Origin: Pseudomonadota bacterium
Lineage (GTDB): Bacteria > Pseudomonadota > Alphaproteobacteria > Micavibrionales > Micavibrionaceae
Direction: 5' to 3'
Assembly (NCBI GenBank): GCA_039027295.1
Contig: JBCCKS010000005.1
Span: 10,043 to 74,042 of the forward strand
Length of the DNA: 64,000 nt
Below are positions 57,701 through 64,000 of the stretch, piece after piece. The translations under genes were made by a program, and so were the position numbers. The stretch's first letter is position 1; every line of letters starts with the position of its first letter. The notes beneath the pieces were generated by a model that did no database searches, was not told the origin of the DNA, and saw only the letters and a list, made by a program, of their open reading frames with translations.

Positions 57701-59095
57701 TTAAGAGCCAACTTTGCTAACATCAATACCATCATCTTGGTACTGATTTAATTTATTTCGCAATGTACGAATTGAAATTCCTAAGATTTTTGCGGCGTGC
57801 GTTCTATTGCCTAACGTATGCTCTAGCGTATTTATAATCATATCGCGCTCAACATCAGCAATAGTTTTACCGATTAGAGTTTCGATACCTGCTGCGTTAT
57901 CACTAATCAGTGCACCTTGCTCTGATGCCGAAGATACATCCTGTGGATCAGGTGCTTGAGAAGGTGCAGCTGCTGTTCCGCTTGTTTGATTAAACTCACC
58001 ATCTGCCAAGTGAATAGCGTCAGCCTCTATTTCATTTTCAACTGACATCAAAATTGCGCGGTGCATAGTATTTTCTAATTCACGAACATTCCCGCGCCAA
58101 TGATATGTCTCTAATTTATCTTTTGCTTCTTTTGATATTTCTTTTTTATCAACGCCGTTTTCTTCTGCATATTTATCAGCAAAGAATTTTGCCAAGGCAA
58201 CGATGTCCTTTTTGCGTTCGCGAAGGGCGGGAAGTTGAATATTTACAACGTTGAGTCGGAAATATAAATCTTCTCTAAACTCGCCTTTCTCAACTGATTT
58301 TTCTAAGTTGCGGTTTGATGTTGCAATAATTCTTGTATTCACTTTTACGGCATCATTACTACCAATCCGCGTGATTTCTTTTTCTTGAATGGCGCGTAAT
58401 AACTTCGCTTGTAACAAAGGATGCATCTCTGACACCTCGTCGAGGAGGATTGTACCGCCATCCGCTTCTTCAAACTTTCCTATACGCCTGGCTGTTGCAC
58501 CAGTGAATGATCCCTTTTCGTGGCCAAATAATTCTGATTCTAAAAGGTTTTCTGGAATTGCTGCGCAGTTTACAGCAATAAAGGGGCCATCTTTTCGTTT
58601 TGAATTTGTATGAATGTAAGAGGACATCACCTCTTTACCTGTTCCTGATTCCCCAGTGATCATTACAGTGGCTTCTGAAGGCGCGATTTTATTCGCAAGC
58701 TTCATAACGCTTTCCATTGCAGGATCGCTTGCAATCATCGTGTTGTTCTCTTGCGTAACAGCCTCTAAAATAGCCGCAATTAAATCTGCATCGGGGGGCA
58801 GGGGGATGTATTCTTTTGCGCCCTGCTCAATGGCTTTTACTGCTGCTCGCGTTTCTGTGCCAATACCGCAGGCAACGACAGGAACGTGAATGCGTTCTTT
58901 TTCTAAATCTTGAACCAGCTGGCCAATCTTTTGTTTGATGTCACACATTACTACATCGGCGCCTTTTCCGTTACGTAGGGCACCTAGGGCTTCGATAGTA
59001 TCTTCGCAATGAATAACTTTTGCGCCGCGTTGAAGAGCAATCTTTCCTGCCTCTCCAATATGACCTTCTAGTTGTCCAACCAGCATTAATCTCAT
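57701..59095 (-). CDS. flbD: sigma-54-dependent flagellar activator FlbD
   Basis: 464 aa. It has a degenerate receiver domain (MRLMLVGQLEG..., VPVVACG, KEYIPLPPDADLIAAIL, as in Caulobacter FlbD), an AAA+ core (GESGTGKE, ESELFGHEKGSFTGA) and a Fis-type HTH. Confidence 0.85.
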   Translation of the reverse strand: MRLMLVGQLEGHIGEAGKIALQRGAKVIHCEDTIEALGALRNGKGADVVMCDIKQKIGQLVQDLEKERIHVPVVACGIGTETRAAVKAIEQGAKEYIPLPPDADLIAAILEAVTQENNTMIASDPAMESVMKLANKIAPSEATVMITGESGTGKEVMSSYIHTNSKRKDGPFIAVNCAAIPENLLESELFGHEKGSFTGATARRIGKFEEADGGTILLDEVSEMHPLLQAKLLRAIQEKEITRIGSNDAVKVNTRIIATSNRNLEKSVEKGEFREDLYFRLNVVNIQLPALRERKKDIVALAKFFADKYAEENGVDKKEISKEAKDKLETYHWRGNVRELENTMHRAILMSVENEIEADAIHLADGEFNQTSGTAAAPSQAPDPQDVSSASEQGALISDNAAGIETLIGKTIADVERDMIINTLEHTLGNRTHAAKILGISIRTLRNKLNQYQDDGIDVSKVGS

Positions 59096-59115
59096 TTTAA
59101 GTCCTATAAATTCTT

Positions 59116-59943
59116 TTAATCAAAATAGCGAATGCGATCGCTGGGGGGAAGTTCACTATTTAAAAGCATTTCTAACTGGCGCGGATTATCTTGTCTTGCG
59201 ATAGAGGCCATAGAAATCATAACAAGGGAGCGGATCATCGCTTCATCATTAGAATTTCTCTCTAATTTCGCAGCCATCGGGGCAAATACAGCTGTGCCTA
59301 AAATCGCACCATAGAAGGTTGTTAAGAGAGCAACAGCCATTGCAGGGCCAATTGTCTCCGGATCTTCTAAATTTGCTAGCATTTGAACAAGACCGATTAG
59401 TGTTCCAATTAATCCCATCGCCGGTGAGACTTCAGAGGCGCGGCGCAGAATATTAGCTGAACGCCTATGTCTTTCAACCAAAGCATCTAATTCTTGCGCT
59501 AAAACCATTTCAATTTGTTCGGGTTTATACCCATCGGTTACAATTTGAACAGCCTTATAAAGATGCGCATCTTTTCTTAATTCATCCTCAATCCCTGCAA
59601 GGGACAATAACCCTTTTTTCTTTGCTAAGACGGCTAAATCCATAAGTTGTTTTGCAGCCGTTGACGCATTAGTTCTTGTTCTAAAAAAGGAATTGCCAAT
59701 GACTTTTCCTGCATTGGTCATTTCTTCTAAAGTGAATGAAACGCTTGTAACGGTAATCGTCCCTAAAACAACAATGAGGAAAGAAGGAAGATTGAAAAAT
59801 TTTGCATCGCTTTGTCCAATTGCAATAGCGGTAGCAATCAGTGCGAATGTTAAGACTAATCCAAAAACAGTTGTGAGATCGATTGCAACTTTAGATTTTG
59901 CAATACGAACATCGTTCGGATTTGTTATTGTGCCTTCGGCCAT
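59116..59943 (-). CDS. motA: flagellar stator protein MotA (MotA/TolQ/ExbB family)
   Basis: 275 aa with a 4-TM layout and a C-terminal channel motif (GLIGTLIGLV.M...GPAMAVALLTTFYG). No motB is adjacent. Confidence 0.8.
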   Translation of the reverse strand: MAEGTITNPNDVRIAKSKVAIDLTTVFGLVLTFALIATAIAIGQSDAKFFNLPSFLIVVLGTITVTSVSFTLEEMTNAGKVIGNSFFRTRTNASTAAKQLMDLAVLAKKKGLLSLAGIEDELRKDAHLYKAVQIVTDGYKPEQIEMVLAQELDALVERHRRSANILRRASEVSPAMGLIGTLIGLVQMLANLEDPETIGPAMAVALLTTFYGAILGTAVFAPMAAKLERNSNDEAMIRSLVMISMASIARQDNPRQLEMLLNSELPPSDRIRYFD

Positions 59944-59951
59944 GGAGTTCG

Positions 59952-60359
59952 TTAGCTCTTATCTGACTTAACAATTTCTGTCATAGTCACGCCGAGTTTG
60001 TCTTCAACGACAACGACTTCGCCGCGGGCAACAAGCCGATTATTCACATAAATATCAATGGCTTCCCCGACTTTTCGATCAAGTTCAACAACCGCGCCTC
60101 TTCCAAGTTTTAAAAGTTGGCTCACTTGCATGCTGGAACGTCCTAAAACAGCAGATATTTGAACAGGAATATCATAAATGGCGGTCACATCATTGGCCAT
60201 GGGCTCACCAATTTTCCAATCTTGGCCGTCATCACCGCTATCGCCACTTTTGTCTTCAATTTCATCAAAATCAAGGCTTTCTGCAGCCTTCATTTCTTCT
60301 TCCATTTGACGGCGCAAGGCTTCTTTATCGTCGCTTTCATTTTTATTATCTTCACTCAT
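59952..60359 (-). CDS. fliN: flagellar motor switch protein FliN
   Basis: 135 aa with an acidic N region and the SpoA/FliN domain (LLKLGRGAVVELD...VNNRLVARGEVVVV). Confidence 0.85.
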   Translation of the reverse strand: MSEDNKNESDDKEALRRQMEEEMKAAESLDFDEIEDKSGDSGDDGQDWKIGEPMANDVTAIYDIPVQISAVLGRSSMQVSQLLKLGRGAVVELDRKVGEAIDIYVNNRLVARGEVVVVEDKLGVTMTEIVKSDKS

Positions 60360-60390
60360 GCTATGCTCCGCATTGGTTTAACATTAATTT

Positions 60391-61116
60391 TTATGATTCC
60401 TTTATAGCATCTTTTTGGCTATTCGTAATCTCTGCATCCGCAGAAACAGGGTTTTTCACAGCTATATTTTCTAAAATGCCGTTATCTAAAAGCGTTTCTA
60501 TCTCCTCTTTCATCTTAACGGCGATCTCTTGAGGATTTCGAACCATTCCGCCATCTGCCCATGTCATCTCACATCCACCAATTTGCATATCGGCATTGGA
60601 AATCACTTTGTACCGTGGCGCATTATCTTGATCGTCCCACATATTCTCAAGAAACTGATCAATATCTGCTGTATCATCAGGGTGCACTTCAATTCTAATT
60701 TCCTTTTGATTTGAAAGCCTTGATAAGACAGACTTAAGCGTTTTCTTAAGTTCTGTACTGCCGAATCTTTCAACAAAAACAGGTGATAATTGATCAATTA
60801 GCTCGCTTGCTAGCCTGACTGAATCTTCCTCATATTGTTTTTCACGGTAGCTCTCTGCTGCAAATAGAGTTTCAAAATTTTCAGTCATTTTCTGCACTAA
60901 TTGCGCAACATATTCGGCACGTTTTGATTTTTCTTCTTCTATGCCTGCTTGGCGGCCTTTGGATTCTGCAATGGCTTTAGCAGCTTCCATTTCGTCTTCG
61001 CTAAAGGTAGGAGGAGGGGGCTCAACTTCAATTTCTTCTTCAATAATAACCTCTTCGACTTCATTTGGGTCGTCGAAATTGTTTAAATCAAAAAGAAATT
61101 TCTTATTGTGTTCCAA
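60391..61116 (-). CDS. fliH: flagellar assembly protein FliH (FlbE-like)
   Basis: 241 aa with an acidic N-terminus, a coiled coil and a C-terminal ...IRIEVHPDD...GGCEMTWADG pattern. Sits between fliG and fliN. Confidence 0.6.
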   Translation of the reverse strand: MEHNKKFLFDLNNFDDPNEVEEVIIEEEIEVEPPPPTFSEDEMEAAKAIAESKGRQAGIEEEKSKRAEYVAQLVQKMTENFETLFAAESYREKQYEEDSVRLASELIDQLSPVFVERFGSTELKKTLKSVLSRLSNQKEIRIEVHPDDTADIDQFLENMWDDQDNAPRYKVISNADMQIGGCEMTWADGGMVRNPQEIAVKMKEEIETLLDNGILENIAVKNPVSADAEITNSQKDAIKES

Positions 61117-61143
61117 TTGTTTGTTAAGCAGTTCTAATAAAGT

Positions 61144-62163
61144 TTAATAAATTAATTCGTCTTCTTCAGCGCCAGTTGCAATGGTAATTTCACCACGTGC
61201 TTCTAATTCTTTTGCCATACCTACAATATATTGCTGTGAGTCTTCAACTTCTTTCAATCGTATTGGACCCATAGCGGCCATGTCTTCTTTCATGATTTTA
61301 CCTGCACGCTCTGACATGTTTGAGAAGAATAGATCACGCAAGGATTCAGTTGCACCTTTCAGAGCAATCGGTAATTTATCTTTGTCACAAGCTCGAATAA
61401 GCGTTTGAATAGAAGAAGGATCAAGATGTTGTAGATCTTCAAACGTAAACATAAGGCTACGAATTTTCTCGGCAGATTCGGGAACTGTCTTTTCTAACAT
61501 CTCCATAAAGCTTTGCTCGGCAGTACGGTCAAAGTTATTGAAGATGTTGGCCATAACTTCATGGCTGTCTTGACGCGCCGTACGCGCTAAGTTCGACATA
61601 AACTCTGTGCGTAGTGTTTTTTCAACATCATCTAAAACATCTCTTTGAACAGCTTCCATGCGCAGCATTCTATGAATAACCTCAAGCGCGAAATTATCAG
61701 GAAGTAATGACAAAACACGCGCGGCATGGTCGTTTGAGATTTTGGACATCACAACGGCAACCGTTTGCGGATATTCTTTTTGTAAGAAGTTTGCAAGAAT
61801 TTCTTCGTTCACATTTGTGAGTTTTTCCCACATTGTACGACCTGCAGGACCACGAATTTCTTCCATGATTTGTTCAATTTTATCAGGGCTCATACCGGCT
61901 TTTGCAAGTAGTCTCTCTGTGCTTTCCTGGGATCCAACAAGCGCGCTGGAAGAGCTCATTTGCTCTGCAAAATCAATGAATAAACGTTCAACAACATTGG
62001 CGTCTACTTTTCCAAGGTTTGCCATAGTTTGAGAAATTTCTAAAATTTCTTCATCGTCCATCATTTCGAAGATTTTCATTGTGTATTCTTCGTTAAGCGC
62101 GAGCATAAAGATCGCTGCTTTTTCCGGGCCGGTGAGTGTTCTATAATCTTCTCTTAAACGCAT
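61144..62163 (-). CDS. fliG: flagellar motor switch protein FliG
   Basis: 339 aa with LTG.EKAAI.ML..., the EHPQ-like EYPQTVA and the C-terminal torque-helix region (MSERA...). Confidence 0.92.
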   Translation of the reverse strand: MRLREDYRTLTGPEKAAIFMLALNEEYTMKIFEMMDDEEILEISQTMANLGKVDANVVERLFIDFAEQMSSSSALVGSQESTERLLAKAGMSPDKIEQIMEEIRGPAGRTMWEKLTNVNEEILANFLQKEYPQTVAVVMSKISNDHAARVLSLLPDNFALEVIHRMLRMEAVQRDVLDDVEKTLRTEFMSNLARTARQDSHEVMANIFNNFDRTAEQSFMEMLEKTVPESAEKIRSLMFTFEDLQHLDPSSIQTLIRACDKDKLPIALKGATESLRDLFFSNMSERAGKIMKEDMAAMGPIRLKEVEDSQQYIVGMAKELEARGEITIATGAEEDELIY

Positions 62164-62174
62164 TTTTAAAACCC

Positions 62175-63833
62175 TTAGTCTTCTGCCATCCAGCTGCGTA
62201 GAACAGAAACAGTTTCCGCAGGATAATTTTCAACAATGTCTTCTACTTTTTTCAATGAAGAGGCTTTGACTTTTCCTTGGACGCTTTCAACGTCAATCAT
62301 ACCCTCATTTTCTTCATCTAAAAGTGCAATTTCTTCTTCAGTCATATCGGCTCGTACTCTGGGGCCTTCTAAGGCCGGCTTTAACTCTCCAGTTAAAAGA
62401 TCAAGCTCTGGCTTGCCTTCGCCATCTTCGTCTTTACCTTCAACGGTAAGAACACGGCCAATCATTGGCTGAATAATGAGTAAGATCACTAAGATAATCA
62501 TGATAGCAAAAGTGAGAACCTCTGCTGCGCTAAGCAATCTATTTTTATCAAATCCAAAGAGTGTATTGTCGAGAGCAGGATCAGTGACTTGAATATCTGC
62601 AAACTGCATATTAGCGACTTCAAGTGAATCACCTCGTGTTGCATCAAAACCAATTGCTGATTCAACAAGAGCTGCAATCTGATTTAATTCTTCTTCTGAG
62701 CGAGGGACATATGTTTGCTCTCCTGCTTCATTTGTTTGGTAGGAGCCATCAACCAAAACAGCGACTGAGAGTCTGCGAACCTCACCAGTTTCACTCACTG
62801 TGTTGCGGATTGTTTTACTGATCTCAAAGTTTGTTGTTTCTTCTAATCTATTAGATTGAAGGCTTGGCGCATTATCAAAGAAGATATCATTGCCTACAGC
62901 GGGAAGGTTATTTTCAACAGATACATTCTGCTCATTGGCATCACGCTCAGTTGTGTTTTCTTCAATGGTTTGCGTTGATCGTGCAATCTGACTCTCAGGA
63001 TCAAATAATTCTTGGTTGGTGCTAATGCGGTCAAAATTTAAATCAGCGGTCACTGTAGCGCGAACATTGTTATATCCAACGATACGTCCCACTAAATCTT
63101 CAACGGCTCTTGTTAATCTTTGTTCGTATCGGATACGGGCTTCGTCGGCTTTAATATTCGCAAGGCTGTCAACATCTTCATCACCCCGCGCTAGTAAGTT
63201 ACCAGCTTGGTCAATCAAAGAGACTCTTTCCGGCTCCAACTCTGGTACAGCCGAGGCAACGAGTGATTGAATGGCAATCACTTGATCGTTTTTAAGGCTC
63301 TGTCCAGGACGTAGACCAAGAGCAACGCTTGCACTTGCTTCTCTGCTTTCGCGGCTAAATAATTCTCTTTCCGGTAAAACTAAATGTACACGCGCGCTTC
63401 GAACAGGGTCTAGGGAGCTAATTGTTCGAGAAAGCTCGCCTTCCAATGCGCGCACTTTATTGAGGTTTACAATGTCATTTGTTGTTCCAAATCCTGACGA
63501 TTGATCAAACAACTCATATCCTAATGACCCGCCATTGGGTAATCCTGCTTCTGCGAGCAGCATTCTTGCTCGTCCTACTTCATTATCGGGAACAGTAATT
63601 CGGGATGTATCTTCTGATATTTGGTATTTAATTTCTGCTTCTTCAAGTCTTGCAGCAATGGCGCTCGAATCACTAGAGGATAAATCATTATATAAAAGGC
63701 TAAAATCTGGTGTTGATATTCTCATCGAAATAAAGATGAAGAATATGAGCAAGGCAAACATGATGCCGCCCATTATTCCTAATCTTGCAGGGCCTAATTG
63801 TCGTAATGTTTCTAAAAAACTATTCATAATCAC
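62175..63833 (-). CDS. fliF: flagellar MS-ring protein FliF
   Basis: 552 aa with N- and C-terminal TM segments, a YscJ/FliF periplasmic domain (LF..L...DA..I...L....I.Y) and an acidic FliG-binding tail. Confidence 0.92.
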   Translation of the reverse strand: MIMNSFLETLRQLGPARLGIMGGIMFALLIFFIFISMRISTPDFSLLYNDLSSSDSSAIAARLEEAEIKYQISEDTSRITVPDNEVGRARMLLAEAGLPNGGSLGYELFDQSSGFGTTNDIVNLNKVRALEGELSRTISSLDPVRSARVHLVLPERELFSRESREASASVALGLRPGQSLKNDQVIAIQSLVASAVPELEPERVSLIDQAGNLLARGDEDVDSLANIKADEARIRYEQRLTRAVEDLVGRIVGYNNVRATVTADLNFDRISTNQELFDPESQIARSTQTIEENTTERDANEQNVSVENNLPAVGNDIFFDNAPSLQSNRLEETTNFEISKTIRNTVSETGEVRRLSVAVLVDGSYQTNEAGEQTYVPRSEEELNQIAALVESAIGFDATRGDSLEVANMQFADIQVTDPALDNTLFGFDKNRLLSAAEVLTFAIMIILVILLIIQPMIGRVLTVEGKDEDGEGKPELDLLTGELKPALEGPRVRADMTEEEIALLDEENEGMIDVESVQGKVKASSLKKVEDIVENYPAETVSVLRSWMAED

Positions 63834-64000
63834 TATACTGTTGAACGGCGAGGCCGATATATTGAAGTAAACAAGCTTAGAAAGCTTTTACTATCAAAAG
63901 AGAGAGGGCTTTGTAAAAAACACAAAGTACAAATATTATTATAACACTTTTACACAAAATTCCTATAGGCTAAATATTTCAAATTTAAATGAAAAATGTG

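Overview
The window is an AT-rich, very gene-dense chromosomal segment that reads as alphaproteobacterial. Markers are CtrA plus ChpT, a FlbD-type sigma-54 activator inside a fliF-fliG-fliH-fliN operon, and a DUF1476 zeta-type F1-ATPase inhibitor next to bolA-grxD. A small, possibly host-associated genome is inference only.

Gene content from left to right:
- rpmJ (missed by the ORF track) and mreB-mreC-mreD-mrdA-rodA
- grxD-bolA-zeta, purC, and nadK-pyrE with an S24/LexA-like repressor
- a PilZ protein, an EamA transporter, icd, folD-yggT, an HExxH protein and acnA
- a block of orphan, degenerate SodC-like, SIMPL and orphan genes, then lepA
- a three-gene orphan cassette (23257-26500)
- purH-chpT-PGM-galU, aminopeptidase P and rpsU
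- a 12-kb co-directional array in which yejA/B/E/F are interleaved with kdsB, a histidine phosphatase, argC-argB-argD-argF and a fasciclin gene
- pyrD, pgsA and ctrA
- about 15 kb of flagellar genes: fliI-fliJ; flhA-flhF-flhG plus a Q/N-rich FliK-like gene; fliF-fliG-fliH-fliN-motA-flbD

I recognised no rRNA, tRNA, CRISPR array, transposase or integrase.

The best candidate for an undescribed system is the 431/183/423-aa cassette between purH and lepA.
- I cannot assign any of the three proteins to a family.
- They are Gly/Ala/Asp/Pro-rich and contain no Cys.
- Two of them are almost lysine-free (0/431 and 2/423) in a genome where Lys is otherwise abundant.
- The 431-aa and 183-aa proteins share a GLGNL motif.
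- All three end in Ala/Pro tails.
- The largest non-coding gap in the window lies upstream, and it carries a perfect palindrome and a duplicated purH 3' end.

All family assignments come from reading the translations and motifs by eye. No database search was run.
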